Positions 42,458 through 53,278 are shown, counted from the first letter of the stretch. The stretch: DNA of 64,000 nt from a bacterium (GCA_031385045.1 JANNBC010000060.1:1-64000), one strand, 5' to 3'. Notes: generated by a model from the sequence alone, not told the origin. A program made the numbers and translations.

Positions 42458-43012
42458 ATGTCTAGAATCGGAAAAAAACCAATTAATTTACCTGCTAAAG
42501 TTGACATCGTCATCAGCGGGAACACAGTTACAGTTAAAGGTCCAAGAGGAAGCTTAGATTGTTCATTGTCTCAGAACGTTGAAGTTCAGAAACAAGAGAA
42601 TCAAGTTGTTTTTGGTTTAACTAAGTCATGCAATCCTAACAGCCCTCAAGTAAAAGCTGATTTTGGAACAAGCCGTGCATTAGTTAATACTTGCATCGTT
42701 GGTGTTACTGAAGGCTGGAAAAGAGGCTTGGAACTTCAAGGTGTTGGATTTAACGCCAAGCTAGCTGGTAAAGAGTTAACTCTTTCTGTTGGTTATTCTC
42801 ACCCAGTAGTTTTTACTGTTCCAGAAGGTGTTACTTGTACAATTGATAAGAATACTTCAATTTTTTTAGAGTCAAATAACAAACAACTAGTTGGTAACTT
42901 TGCTTCTAAAATTAGAAAATCTTGTCCACCTGAGCCGTACCTTGGTAAAGGTATTAGATATGCAGGTGAGCAAGTAAGAAGAAAAGCTGGTAAAACAGGT
43001 GGTAAAAAATAA
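42458..43012 (+). CDS. rplF: 50S ribosomal protein L6 (ATG at 42458)
   Basis: MSRIGKKPI, PPEPY.GKGIRY. Confidence 0.98.
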   Translation: MSRIGKKPINLPAKVDIVISGNTVTVKGPRGSLDCSLSQNVEVQKQENQVVFGLTKSCNPNSPQVKADFGTSRALVNTCIVGVTEGWKRGLELQGVGFNAKLAGKELTLSVGYSHPVVFTVPEGVTCTIDKNTSIFLESNNKQLVGNFASKIRKSCPPEPYLGKGIRYAGEQVRRKAGKTGGKK

Positions 43013-43042
43013 GTATTAATAAGTTAAATAGAAAGGATCGTC

Positions 43043-43414
43043 ATGGGACTTAAAGAGATTAAACAAAGAGAAGTAAGAAGAACTAGAAGTAAGTATAAGA
43101 TTCGAAAAAAGGTTAATGGCACAGAAGCTAAGCCTCGTGTATCGATCTTTAAAAGCTCACTCCATACTTATGCCCAAGTTATTTCTGATGTATCAGGTTG
43201 CACTTTAGTTGCTGCTTCTACAAAGGATAAAGATTTTCAAGCTACTGCAAGCACTAAAAGTGTTGATTCTGCTAAGCTAGTAGGGGAACTACTTGCGAAG
43301 AGAATGCAGGCAAAGGGGATTGATAGTGCAGTATTTGACCGTAATGGTTTTAAATATGTTGGACGAGTTAAGGCGGTAGCTGAAGGACTTCGTTCTGCTG
43401 GATTCAAGATTTAA
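43043..43414 (+). CDS. rplR: 50S ribosomal protein L18
   Basis: VFDRNGFKY.GRVKA. Confidence 0.97.
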   Translation: MGLKEIKQREVRRTRSKYKIRKKVNGTEAKPRVSIFKSSLHTYAQVISDVSGCTLVAASTKDKDFQATASTKSVDSAKLVGELLAKRMQAKGIDSAVFDRNGFKYVGRVKAVAEGLRSAGFKI

Positions 43415-43426
43415 TTAAATATACCA

Positions 43427-43963
43427 ATGAAAACTAAAGAAAAAATTTCTAGAAAGAAAATTAGCACTGCAGACTGTGGTGAGTTAACTGATAAAACTGT
43501 TGCCGTTAATCGTGTCGCTAAAGTAGTAAAAGGTGGACGTCGTTTTAGTTTTAATGCACTAGTAGTTACTGGTGATGGTCAAGGTCATGTAGGATTTGGA
43601 ACTGGAAAAGCTCAGGAAGTTCCTGATGCAATTCGTAAGGCTTCAGAAGCTGCTCGTAAGAATATTGTTAAAGTGCCAATGCACGGTAGCACTATACCTC
43701 ATGAAGTAATTGCTGAGTTTGGACCTGCTTATGTAATCTTAAAGCCTGCTTCTCCTGGTACAGGGGTAATTGCTGGTTCGGTAGTTCGAGCTGTGGCTGA
43801 AGCTGCTGGGATTCATGATATTCGTACTAAGTGTATTGGATCAACAAGTGCTAACAACACAATCATGGCAGTATTAAGTGGTTTCTTAAGTCTTAGAAGC
43901 CCAGAAGAAACTGCGTCTCTTCGTGGAAAAACTCTAGAAGATTTACATTACAGCGCTTACTAA
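43427..43963 (+). CDS. rpsE: 30S ribosomal protein S5
   Basis: [22 protein letters not shown]. Confidence 0.98.
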   Translation: MKTKEKISRKKISTADCGELTDKTVAVNRVAKVVKGGRRFSFNALVVTGDGQGHVGFGTGKAQEVPDAIRKASEAARKNIVKVPMHGSTIPHEVIAEFGPAYVILKPASPGTGVIAGSVVRAVAEAAGIHDIRTKCIGSTSANNTIMAVLSGFLSLRSPEETASLRGKTLEDLHYSAY

Positions 43964-43993
43964 TAAGCATTATTTTTTATATTGGATCAGAAG

Positions 43994-44188
43994 ATGGCTA
44001 GTAAATATTTAATTCGTCAAGTCCGTAGCAATAGCGGTCAGACTAAAAGAACAATCGCTACTTTAAAGAGTATTGGTCTTGGTAGAATCGGCAAAGAAAT
44101 TGTTCTTAGCGCGGAAGACCCATGTATACTTGGTAAGATTACTAAGCTTAAGCATTTAGTATATGTTACTGACTCTAAAGAGGCATAA
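43994..44188 (+). CDS. rpmD: 50S ribosomal protein L30 (ATG at 43994)
   Basis: QVRS, TLKSIGL.RIG, HLV; synteny. Confidence 0.92.
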   Translation: MASKYLIRQVRSNSGQTKRTIATLKSIGLGRIGKEIVLSAEDPCILGKITKLKHLVYVTDSKEA

Positions 44189-44228
44189 ACAATAATAGAT
44201 AATAAATATAATTCCTTAGGTAAATAAA

Positions 44229-44702
44229 ATGTCAGAAAATATACAACTTTCAAATTTAGCTCCAAATCCAGGTTCAGTTAAGCCAAGAACTCGTAAGGGT
44301 CGTGGTATCGGTTCTGGAACTGGTAAAACTGCTGGTAAAGGACACAAAGGTCAAAAAGCTCGTGCTGGTGGAAGTATCCCAGCTTGGTTTGAAGGGGGAG
44401 CAATGCCTCTTTACCGTCGCTTACCAAAAGTCGGTTTTACTTCTATCCAAAAAGTTACTGGAGTTAACCGTTACAACCTAGTAAACTTAGATGTTTTAGA
44501 TCGTCACTTTGCTGATGGTGCAGTTGTTGATGCTGAAGCTCTTTTTGCTGTAGGTTATGCCACTAAAAATTTCAACAAAGCTGGTGTTAAAGTATTAGCT
44601 AATGGCGAAATCACTAAAAAGTTAACTGTAAAAGTTACAGCTATTTCAGAAGAAGCTAAAGCTAAAATTGAAAAAGCTGGTGGGACTGTTGAGCTAGTAT
44701 AG
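44229..44702 (+). CDS. rplO: 50S ribosomal protein L15
   Basis: GRGIGSG.GKT.G.GHKGQKAR, FEGG.MPLYRRLPK. Confidence 0.98.
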   Translation: MSENIQLSNLAPNPGSVKPRTRKGRGIGSGTGKTAGKGHKGQKARAGGSIPAWFEGGAMPLYRRLPKVGFTSIQKVTGVNRYNLVNLDVLDRHFADGAVVDAEALFAVGYATKNFNKAGVKVLANGEITKKLTVKVTAISEEAKAKIEKAGGTVELV

Positions 44703-44720
44703 TTTCAATCGTTCTAATGA

Positions 44721-44763
44721 GAGCCTCTGTTGATTCGAATTTGAATTAACAGGGGCTTTTTTT
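44721..44763 (+). terminator. Intrinsic terminator after rplO
   Basis: agcctctgttgattc/gaattaacaggggct plus T-run. Confidence 0.85.
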
Positions 44764-44841
44764 GTGCATTTTGTAGTGATCAATTTGCTTAATTAGTGTT
44801 ATAAAGTTTAGGCATAAACTTTGTTGTAGTCATGTTTTATT

Positions 44842-45975
44842 ATGCGGCCATCTGTTGTTCATCCTTCCCAAGTTTCAAAATTACCAGAATTACCCACGAC
44901 AAGTTATTTAAGTACAGTAACATTGTTAGCGGCGTTATGTTGTTGCCACAGAGCAGAAATTAGAAAAATTAAAGATAAGCCACGGCGCTTTGCAAGCTTG
45001 AAAGGCTTAAAGAAAATTTCTCCTGAAGTAAAAAGCAAATGGCGACTTGCGGAACATTCTAAGGGCGATTTTAAAAGTGCTTGTAAGTTTCGGAAGTCAA
45101 CAATTACAGAGCGTCCGGCACGTGTTGTGGGAGAGGTAAATTTACATGAGTATGTTGCTCCTCTTCTTTCTCTTAGTAGAGATTCACAATTTAATGGTTG
45201 TCGCATTTTACAGTTAAGTGACATCCATTTACAGTTAAAAGAAAGAAGATCTTTAGATCAGTTAGTGGCAATTGCCAGAGAATTACCAAAACTAAAAATT
45301 GATTTTTTAGCGATCACTGGAGATTTAGCAGATAGTCAGAAGCATGATTTAGGCGAGGAAGCTTTAGCGGCACTGAGTTTACTAAGACAAAATGTGCCTC
45401 GGGCATTTTTTGTATGCGGGAATCATGATTATGATGTGGGTATTGAGCATGTTCTAAGTGTTGTTAAGCGAGCAGATATCGAAGTTTTAATTAACCAAGA
45501 AGTGATTTTAGAGCGAGGAGCAGATCGTTTAGAAATTATAGGTCTTGATGATGTCTATCATCAACTTAGAAAGGATTCCCATTTTTTTAGGAAGGGTAAT
45601 ATTAGTCAAAAAAGCCTAATTAATGATTATCCGACTGTTGTTTTAGCACATTCAATTGACTCATTGTCTGATGCTGATTATCCTGATTTCGATTTGATTT
45701 TAAGCGGACATACTCATGGATTAATGCTTAAAGGGTTACCGTTTCGTAAAGAGTATTTAAAATTTCATCCCGGTGAGAAATTACTTTATGATCATAATAA
45801 TCAACATTCAGGTTGGAAGGCATTAACTCCCAGGACTCTTTCCTTTGTATCTAATGGCTTCACCGATACGCATCGGCGTGGTATTAAAAAGGGGCATCCC
45901 TTTATGCAAGCCTCAGAAGCTACAATTATTGAGCTTAGGTCGTATCAAGAGTTTATTGAAGATCGGGAATCATAG
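44842..45975 (+). CDS. Calcineurin-like metallophosphoesterase (YkuE-like) with long basic N-terminal extension
   Basis: LSDIH, ITGDLAD, GNHD, LAH, SGHTHG. Confidence 0.85.
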   Translation: MRPSVVHPSQVSKLPELPTTSYLSTVTLLAALCCCHRAEIRKIKDKPRRFASLKGLKKISPEVKSKWRLAEHSKGDFKSACKFRKSTITERPARVVGEVNLHEYVAPLLSLSRDSQFNGCRILQLSDIHLQLKERRSLDQLVAIARELPKLKIDFLAITGDLADSQKHDLGEEALAALSLLRQNVPRAFFVCGNHDYDVGIEHVLSVVKRADIEVLINQEVILERGADRLEIIGLDDVYHQLRKDSHFFRKGNISQKSLINDYPTVVLAHSIDSLSDADYPDFDLILSGHTHGLMLKGLPFRKEYLKFHPGEKLLYDHNNQHSGWKALTPRTLSFVSNGFTDTHRRGIKKGHPFMQASEATIIELRSYQEFIEDRES

Positions 45976-46018
45976 TCATTCATTAAACCGAATTTAGTTT
46001 AGGGTATGTTTTCGTCCC

Positions 46019-46666
46019 ATGAAAATTGTCTTAATCAGCGATACTCACAATCAACACTTAAAGCTTTTGGAGTTACCATTAGCAGATCTAATTATCCACG
46101 CCGGTGATGCAACTGGACTGGGTAAGAAAAATGAGTTTACTCAGTTTCTGAGTTGGTATGGAAGCTTACCTTATGCTCATAAGATTTTAATTGCAGGTAA
46201 TCATGATTGGTGTCTGGATCCAAATTATTCGGGTGATTTAACTTGGGAAGAGGCAGAGTTGCTTTGCGACCAAGCAGGAGTTGTTTATTTGCGAGATCGA
46301 GCAATAGAAATTGAAGGAAAAATTTTCTATGGCACTCCTTGGCAACCATATTTTTTTAATTGGGCATTTAATATTAAGAGTGCTGAGCAACGTGCCAAGA
46401 TTTATGATCAAATCCCAGCAAATACAGATATTTTAATAACTCACACTCCCCCAGCAGGAATCCTAGATCAAAATAAATATGGTATACCTTGTGGATGTGA
46501 GGCGCTTTTAGCTGCTGTTAGAAAGCTTAGACCTCAAATTCATATCTTTGGTCATATACATGAGGCCTACGGTCAAAAAGTAATCGGAAGTACTACTTTT
46601 ATTAATGCGGCTAATCTTGATGAATGTTATCGTTATGTTAATCCACCGATACTAATTACTTTGTAG
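46019..46666 (+). CDS. Metallophosphoesterase (MPPED/239FB-like)
   Basis: ISDTH, HAGD, AGNHD, THTPP, FGHIHE. Confidence 0.9.
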   Translation: MKIVLISDTHNQHLKLLELPLADLIIHAGDATGLGKKNEFTQFLSWYGSLPYAHKILIAGNHDWCLDPNYSGDLTWEEAELLCDQAGVVYLRDRAIEIEGKIFYGTPWQPYFFNWAFNIKSAEQRAKIYDQIPANTDILITHTPPAGILDQNKYGIPCGCEALLAAVRKLRPQIHIFGHIHEAYGQKVIGSTTFINAANLDECYRYVNPPILITL

Positions 46667-46710
46667 GCTTAGTCTTAATCTTTACACAGAAATTTAATTT
46701 AGAAAGTAAC

Positions 46711-48255
46711 ATGCCTCTTCGTTTACAAAATTTTTTTGCTTCTTTAATAATTATCTTTTTTGCCTTTCTCTTAATCTTCCGTAATGCCTATCATGCCTCG
46801 CATATTGAAACCTTTCCCGATGCGGTGGAGTACGTTTCCATGGCAATTAATTATCTAAATCAAGGCACCTTTCAGATTGATGTTAATGGGCAGTTTTATC
46901 CCTCACGCTATGCACCTTGGTTTTCATTAACTGTGCTTACCCCGGCGCTAATTTTCTTTGGTATCGAAGCAGGAAATGCCATTTATGGCGTATTGTTTGT
47001 TAATATTCTTGGGATGCTTTTGGGATATTTATTACTGAGTAGGGTGCTTCCACCACTTGCAGCGCTAGCTGGAACTCTAGCACTATTTTTAATCCCAGAT
47101 TTTACTCGCAATGCTCAATTCATTATGAATGATGCTCCTTCGGCCTTAGTTTTTTTGATCTGTTTTTATGTTTTTCTTAAAAATCAAAAACTTGTTTGGA
47201 ATAATCGTCTGGAAGTAATTCTTATTGGTTCATTGATTGCACTAGCAACGCTTTGGAGAATTACTAATATTTTTTTAATACTGCCATTCCTATTTTTAAT
47301 GGACCAAGATTTTAGAAAAAAATTATCAGCAAAGCTTTTATTTTTGACACCACTGGCCTTTGCCTTAGTTCTAAATTTTTGTGAAAATTATCTCATGTTT
47401 GGGAGCTTTTTTAGAAATGGCTATAATTACTGGACCAGCATTCCTTACGATTACCCAAGTCTTACATTTAACTGGAGCAATCTGATTACTAATCTAGCCA
47501 AGTTAAGTGAGAACCAAAGTTACCTAGTTATTGTAGGGGTATTTTTAGCCTCTTTAATTGTTCACTATCTAAAAGGACGAGATGCGATTAAGCCACTGCT
47601 CAGCTTTCTATTGCTTGTAGCAATGCCAGTTTTAATTTTTTACTTATTATATTTTTATTTTGATTATCGCTTTTTTCTACCAGTGATCCTAGTGATGTTT
47701 GGTAGTATTGTTTGGACGCTTCGTTATTATCCACCAATTATCCATAAGCTAATCCTATTAGCTATTCTTGTTGGGATCTATTTACAGATGAATACCATTG
47801 CCTTGCGCCATGAATTTCCATTATACCGAAAGAACATTGACTCCTTAAAGCTTAATACTGAGCTTGGCTCGACAGTGCTGACAAATATTAATCTTCCATA
47901 TCTCAAATTATATTTTCCAAACTTGGAACGAAAATTTATTCCGATTAGTCGCCGTGCTGAGTATGCCTCAAAGGTAATTATGACTCGTAAGAACGAAGAT
48001 CTACTTGTTAGTGAAATTAAAGATCCATTCCAACACCGTCATCCAAAGTTATTAGCAATGGGGATTGATCCAATTGGATATACTTTTTTAGAAGATCCGA
48101 AAAAATTACTTAAAGATTTGCCTGATCAGAAAATATACTTAGATTTGTATTCTTTTCCAGAAATGATTGCGCAAGATTACTACCAACAAGTAAGCAAGTA
48201 TTGTGATTTGGTTATGGTTAGCCCGGGAATTTTTAGACTACAAATTAGAAATTAG
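46711..48255 (+). CDS. Multi-pass membrane protein, probable GT-C fold (ArnT/PMT-like) glycosyltransferase
   Basis: PDAVEY loop after the first TM, many TM helices, RFFLP. Confidence 0.6.
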   Translation: MPLRLQNFFASLIIIFFAFLLIFRNAYHASHIETFPDAVEYVSMAINYLNQGTFQIDVNGQFYPSRYAPWFSLTVLTPALIFFGIEAGNAIYGVLFVNILGMLLGYLLLSRVLPPLAALAGTLALFLIPDFTRNAQFIMNDAPSALVFLICFYVFLKNQKLVWNNRLEVILIGSLIALATLWRITNIFLILPFLFLMDQDFRKKLSAKLLFLTPLAFALVLNFCENYLMFGSFFRNGYNYWTSIPYDYPSLTFNWSNLITNLAKLSENQSYLVIVGVFLASLIVHYLKGRDAIKPLLSFLLLVAMPVLIFYLLYFYFDYRFFLPVILVMFGSIVWTLRYYPPIIHKLILLAILVGIYLQMNTIALRHEFPLYRKNIDSLKLNTELGSTVLTNINLPYLKLYFPNLERKFIPISRRAEYASKVIMTRKNEDLLVSEIKDPFQHRHPKLLAMGIDPIGYTFLEDPKKLLKDLPDQKIYLDLYSFPEMIAQDYYQQVSKYCDLVMVSPGIFRLQIRN

Positions 48256-48846
48256 GTAGGGAAGCTCCTGTCGCTTCTTGGCAATTAATTTTTCATTATC
48301 AAGTAGTCCCTTTGTTTGATCCCAATTGCCAGTTGTGAATGCTGACTGTAGTCCTGGATCTAACAAGTAAGGATAGGCCTGCCCAGCAACAATTAATTTG
48401 CCCGCAGTTAAATCTAAGCTAATTTGAGTTTCTGTTTTAGCTGCAATTATTGTTTGAATTTCTTCCGCGATTTGTGGAGTGACTGTTAGGCAAGGCAGTC
48501 CAATCGAATAGCAATTAGAGAAGAATATTTCTGAAAATGAAATTCCAATAATACAATCAATCCCCCAACGTTTAATTCCTTGTGGGGCATGTTCCCTAGA
48601 AGAACCGCAGCCAAAGTTGGAATTTACAATTAGAAAATTTGCTCCTTGAAAAAGTGGGGCAACAAAGGGATGGGCGAATCCCTTTTTCTCAGCAGCAATA
48701 ATTTCATCGGCAAAAACATATTTCCCAAGATTAGAAAATGTTAGTTCTTTTAGATATCTTGCTGGCATAATCCGATCCGTATCAATATCATCTCCAATTA
48801 GAGGTAGGCCACGTCCGGAAATTTGATTAACGATTAAGCTGCTCAT
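48238..48846 (-). CDS. leuD: 3-isopropylmalate dehydratase small subunit
   Basis: DIDTDRIMPARYL, NFGCGSSREHAP. Confidence 0.95.
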   Translation of the reverse strand: MSSLIVNQISGRGLPLIGDDIDTDRIMPARYLKELTFSNLGKYVFADEIIAAEKKGFAHPFVAPLFQGANFLIVNSNFGCGSSREHAPQGIKRWGIDCIIGISFSEIFFSNCYSIGLPCLTVTPQIAEEIQTIIAAKTETQISLDLTAGKLIVAGQAYPYLLDPGLQSAFTTGNWDQTKGLLDNEKLIAKKRQELPYLISNL

Positions 48847-50267
48847 TAGTTTTTGATATTAAAAATATTGCGACAATCTTGAATCTCTCCTGTAACGGCG
48901 GCTGCTGTTACCATTGCTGGAGACATAATTAATGTACGGCCAGTTGGAGATCCCATTCGTCCTTTATAATTACGATTTGATGTCGAGGCACAAAGCTGAT
49001 CTCCAACTAATTGGTCAGGATTCATCCCCAGACACATGGAACAGCCTGGTTCTCTAATTTCAAAACCAGCATTTGCTAAGGTCGCTAGGATTCCCAGTTT
49101 TTCTAATTCTACTTTTACTTTTTGAGAGCCTGGAACAACTAGCGCCTGTACTCCTTTAGCGACTTTAAAATTATTTTGAGAAATAAGTTCGGCAACTAAT
49201 TTAAAATCAGACACTCGGGCATTAGTGCAAGAACCAAGAAAGGCAAGATCGATTTTTTTACCTGTGATTTTTTCTCCTGGTTGAAACTGCATGTATTCCA
49301 TTGCTTCCGTAAATCCAGCCAAGTTCATCTTAGCCTCTTCCGGGTTAGCTGGGAGTTTGGAGTCGATGGAAATTGATTGATCTAATCCAATTCCCCAAGT
49401 AACCATTGGTGCAATATCTTCAGCTCGATAATTAACAACATCATCATAGATGGCATCAGGATCTGACTTAATTGATTCCCAATATTTTAAGCGGGCATCC
49501 CATTCACTCTCTTTGGGAGAGTAGGGGCGACCTTTAATAAAGTCATAGGTTATTTGGTCAGGGTTAACATAACCACAGCGAGCGCTGCCTTCAATCGACA
49601 TGTTGCAAACAGTCATGCGTTCTTCCATCGTAAAGCGATCAAAGACCTCTCCGCCATATTCATAGGCATAGCCACCGCCACCGTTAGCTCCAAGTTTATT
49701 GATGATATAGAGGATTACATCTTTAGCATAAACTCCTGGTGCTAATTTACCATTTACATTAATTCTACGAACTTTTAATTTTTGTGTGGCAAGTGTTTGT
49801 GTGGCTAGGACATCACGAACTTGAGAAGTTCCTATGCCGAAAGCGATTGCTCCAAAAGCTCCATGAGTTGCCGTATGTGAATCTCCGCAACAAATCGTAA
49901 TCCCTGGTTGAGTTAAGCCTTGTTCTGGCCCAATTACATGCACTATTCCTTGCTCTCCATTTTGTGGAGAGAAGTAGCGGATGCCCGCTTTCTTAACATT
50001 TCGTTCCAGCTCACTAGCCATATCCTCACTTAAGATATCTAAGAAAGGACGTTGGGTATGTTTTGTTGGGATAATATGATCGATTGTGGCAAAGGTCAGT
50101 TCTGGATATTTAACTCCGAGACCACGTTCTTCCAGCATGGCAAAAGCCTGAGGTGTAGTTACTTCGTGAATTAAGTGTAGTCCAATAAATAACTGAAAGA
50201 CGCCTGGTTTTAATTCGCTAACAGTGTGTAGATCGAAGACCTTTGAATAAAGTGTTTTTCCCATCAT
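48846..50267 (-). CDS. leuC: 3-isopropylmalate dehydratase large subunit
   Basis: [39 protein letters not shown]. Confidence 0.96.
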   Translation of the reverse strand: MMGKTLYSKVFDLHTVSELKPGVFQLFIGLHLIHEVTTPQAFAMLEERGLGVKYPELTFATIDHIIPTKHTQRPFLDILSEDMASELERNVKKAGIRYFSPQNGEQGIVHVIGPEQGLTQPGITICCGDSHTATHGAFGAIAFGIGTSQVRDVLATQTLATQKLKVRRINVNGKLAPGVYAKDVILYIINKLGANGGGGYAYEYGGEVFDRFTMEERMTVCNMSIEGSARCGYVNPDQITYDFIKGRPYSPKESEWDARLKYWESIKSDPDAIYDDVVNYRAEDIAPMVTWGIGLDQSISIDSKLPANPEEAKMNLAGFTEAMEYMQFQPGEKITGKKIDLAFLGSCTNARVSDFKLVAELISQNNFKVAKGVQALVVPGSQKVKVELEKLGILATLANAGFEIREPGCSMCLGMNPDQLVGDQLCASTSNRNYKGRMGSPTGRTLIMSPAMVTAAAVTGEIQDCRNIFNIKN

Positions 50268-50268
50268 G

Positions 50269-50871
50269 CTAAATTAATGGAGTTAGTGAGATAAGTCCAG
50301 TCTCCGTTAGTAAAAAATCCATTTTTTGATCATGAGATTCCTGCGGTAAACTTTTTATAACTTGGATTTTTAGCGCGATTCCAATCTTGATAAGCTTAAC
50401 CGATTGGGGGAAATCATAGAGGAAGCGATCGTAGAATCCCAAGCCTCGACCGAGGCGATTTCCTGCTAGATCAAAGCCAAGTCCAGGAATTAGGGCAATC
50501 ACAGTCTGAAAATCAGTCGCAACAAACTTATTAATTTTTTCTGGTTCGTAAATTCCAAAGCTACCAGGAGATAGCTTGTCGGAATTCTGATAAAATTCCA
50601 TACCAAAGTTTTCCAAAACTTTAGGAATAAAGATTGGCGCGGGAGATTTGAGATCTTTCCATGTTGCAGAAAGATCAATTTCGCCTAAAAAATGGGGACT
50701 ATATGATAAGAATGCTACTGCTTGATTATTTAGGGGAAGTTTTGATTGTAGGAAGTTACCTAGGTGAAGATTGAGAGCAATAGTTGTTTCGCTTAATTCA
50801 TGGCTGGATATTTTACTGATAATTTCACGAAATTTCTGGCGATAGGCTGACTTATTTTGAATTTCTGACAT
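50269..50871 (-). CDS. 5-formyltetrahydrofolate cyclo-ligase
   Basis: FGIYEP, PGLGFD..GNRLGRG.GFYDRFL, HD..MD...TE. Confidence 0.92.
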   Translation of the reverse strand: MSEIQNKSAYRQKFREIISKISSHELSETTIALNLHLGNFLQSKLPLNNQAVAFLSYSPHFLGEIDLSATWKDLKSPAPIFIPKVLENFGMEFYQNSDKLSPGSFGIYEPEKINKFVATDFQTVIALIPGLGFDLAGNRLGRGLGFYDRFLYDFPQSVKLIKIGIALKIQVIKSLPQESHDQKMDFLLTETGLISLTPLI

Positions 50872-51070
50872 TGATATTTTCGCTTTAGCAAATTTTCCAA
50901 GGCAGAGAGTCCTGCGCGCTAGATGTTCCTTTTTCTATCCTAGCAATTTCGGATAATTTTCGTCAGTATTAGACTTTAGGGGGACGAAGATTCCAAATTT
51001 GAAAAGGAGCTTGGCTTAGAAAGTCTTTTTTATTGGCAAAGACTTTTTAGCTTGATATTTAGGACTTAAC

Positions 51071-51100
51071 TTGCCATTTTTCTTAGATTATTGCTATAAC
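51071..51100 (+). promoter_or_regulatory. Putative stand-alone secY promoter
   Basis: TTGCCA-18bp-TATAAC with extended -10 TG. Confidence 0.45.
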
Positions 51101-51286
51101 AATCCTTCTTGTTTTACTGAGTAGTTTACTGGTTGGTCCAATTTTCTGCTTTTTAAAAATCTCAAATTACGTTACTTTGTCGCGTCGCCTTACCAAGATC
51201 TTAATTTGGTTAGTGGTCGTACGGTAAGCTTCCAAAGTCTTTGCCATTAGCAAATACTTTTGAAATTTACTTTAATTTGGACAAAA

Positions 51287-52630
51287 ATGATTTCCAGCTT
51301 GGATAATATTAAGCAAATTCCTGAACTAAAAAAGAAAATTTGGTTTACTCTTTTCATGTTAGCCGTTTATCGTTTAGGGGTATTCGTTTCAACTCCAGGG
51401 ATTAACGTTGAAGCACTTCGTAATATGTTTCAGCAGGCTGGGGGAACGCTCTTTGGTCTTCTAAATATGTTCTCTGGTGGATCCTTAGAAAACTTTTCGA
51501 TCTTCACTTTGGGGATCATGCCTTACATCTCAGTCTCAATCATTGTGCAGTTTATTACTCCGGTAGTTCCAGCCTTGGATGCCTTAAAAAAAGAAGGGCA
51601 GGCGGGACAAAAAATCATTACTGGATATACTAGAAAAGCCACAATTCTTTTAGCTTTGTTTCAAGGTTTGATGATCGCTAAAGGCTTGGAGTCTCAAGGT
51701 CTGGCCTTAGTTCCTGGATGGGACTTTCGTATTTCTACGATGATGACGCTTACTGCGGGAACAGCTTTTATCATGTGGTTAGGTGAGCAGATTACTGAGC
51801 GTGGTATTGGGAATGGAATCAGCATGATTATTTTTGCTGGAATTATTGCCCGTATGCCTCAAGTTATGATGGAAACTTTAGCACTGACTAGAACTGGCGA
51901 GCTTAGTCCTTTCACGATTTTATTTGTTTTTGCTTTTGTTTTCTTAACGATTGCCGCGATTGTTTTTGTAGAAAAATCTCAGCGTAAGATTCCTGTGCAG
52001 TACCCAAGAAGAATGGTTGGGAATAACATGGCGCAGGCGCAGACGCAATTTTTACCATTAAAGGTAAATATGGCTGGGGTGATTCCGCCAATCTTTGCCG
52101 TAGCATTTTTATCTTTACCAGCAACAATTGCCCAGTTTAATCCAGATAATCAGATTCTATCTGAAATTATGACTTACATCTCACCAGGCAACTGGCCATA
52201 TGTAGTTGTTTATACAATTTTGATTTTTGTGTTCTGTTACTACTACACATCGATTATGTATAACCCTAAAGAAGTGGCTGATAACCTTAAAAAACAAGGT
52301 GGTTTTATCCCTTCAGTTCGTCCTGGAGAGCAAACAGCAGAATTTCTTTATGGTGTTTTAAATCGCTTAACATTTTGGGGGGCAATTTACATTGCTTCAA
52401 TTTGTTTAATTCCACAGATGGTTTACATGGAACTTAATACAAAATCTTTTGCTTATATTTTTGGTGGTACTGCAATTCTAATCGTAGTATCTGTGACTTT
52501 GGATCTTGCTTCTCAAATTCAATCACACGTTATGGGTCAGCAGTATCAGGCGTTTATGGAAAAAAGTGCTAACAATAAAGTAGGTGCTGTCTCCATGAGA
52601 AAGTTAAGATCAAAAGCCCTTAGAAGATAA
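51287..52630 (+). CDS. secY: Preprotein translocase SecY (ATG at 51287 preferred)
   Basis: SIFTLGIMPYI, WLGEQITERGIGNGIS, GGFIPSVRPGEQT. Confidence 0.98.
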   Translation: MISSLDNIKQIPELKKKIWFTLFMLAVYRLGVFVSTPGINVEALRNMFQQAGGTLFGLLNMFSGGSLENFSIFTLGIMPYISVSIIVQFITPVVPALDALKKEGQAGQKIITGYTRKATILLALFQGLMIAKGLESQGLALVPGWDFRISTMMTLTAGTAFIMWLGEQITERGIGNGISMIIFAGIIARMPQVMMETLALTRTGELSPFTILFVFAFVFLTIAAIVFVEKSQRKIPVQYPRRMVGNNMAQAQTQFLPLKVNMAGVIPPIFAVAFLSLPATIAQFNPDNQILSEIMTYISPGNWPYVVVYTILIFVFCYYYTSIMYNPKEVADNLKKQGGFIPSVRPGEQTAEFLYGVLNRLTFWGAIYIASICLIPQMVYMELNTKSFAYIFGGTAILIVVSVTLDLASQIQSHVMGQQYQAFMEKSANNKVGAVSMRKLRSKALRR

Positions 52631-52649
52631 GACAAGAGGAGATAGCGCG

Positions 52650-53210
52650 ATGAACGTAATTGTATTACTTGGCCCTCCAGGAGCTGGTAAAGGAACTCAA
52701 GCTAAGTTGCTAGCGAAAGCTTTGGGGATTCCCCATATCTCCTCTGGTGACTTATTTAGAGAGGCTGTTGCTAGTGGCTCAGCATTAGGTCAACAAGTTA
52801 AATCCTTAATTGATTCTGGGGAATTAGTTCCTGATAATGTTTTGTTAGATGTTGTTAAAAACCGCATCTCGCAAGCTGATTGTAAAAATGGATTTCTAAT
52901 GGATGGAACTCCGCGAACTATACCTCAGGCGGAAGCCTTTGGTGATTTAGTTAAGCGGATGGATGGCCAACTAAAAGTTGTTGAGTTAGAAGTGCCAGAG
53001 CAGCTTTTGATTGATCGGATTAAACATCGTTCAACAGAATCGGGCAGAGCTGATGATAATCAAGAAGTGCTAGTAAATCGCTTAAAGGTTTACTGGAAAC
53101 AGACAGCCCCATTAGTTGATTTCTATCAGAAATTAGGACAGTTAATTAAGGTTGATGGGGACGGAACGGTAGAGGATGTCCAGAAAATGCTATTATCTCG
53201 ATTAAGTTAA
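52650..53210 (+). CDS. adk: Adenylate kinase (short LID type)
   Basis: GPPGAGKGTQA, G.LVPD, DG.PRT..QA. Confidence 0.96.
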   Translation: MNVIVLLGPPGAGKGTQAKLLAKALGIPHISSGDLFREAVASGSALGQQVKSLIDSGELVPDNVLLDVVKNRISQADCKNGFLMDGTPRTIPQAEAFGDLVKRMDGQLKVVELEVPEQLLIDRIKHRSTESGRADDNQEVLVNRLKVYWKQTAPLVDFYQKLGQLIKVDGDGTVEDVQKMLLSRLS

Positions 53211-53250
53211 GGGTAATTTGGGTCAATTGGCTGATTTCTAGCCAGTAGAC

Positions 53251-53278
53251 TTGCAATATAATGAAAAAATGTTAATAT
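53251..53278 (+). promoter_or_regulatory. Putative promoter of rpmJ-rpsM-rpsK-rpoA-rplQ
   Basis: TTGCAA-16bp-TAATAT with TG extension and GC-rich cgcgccc downstream. Confidence 0.5.
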
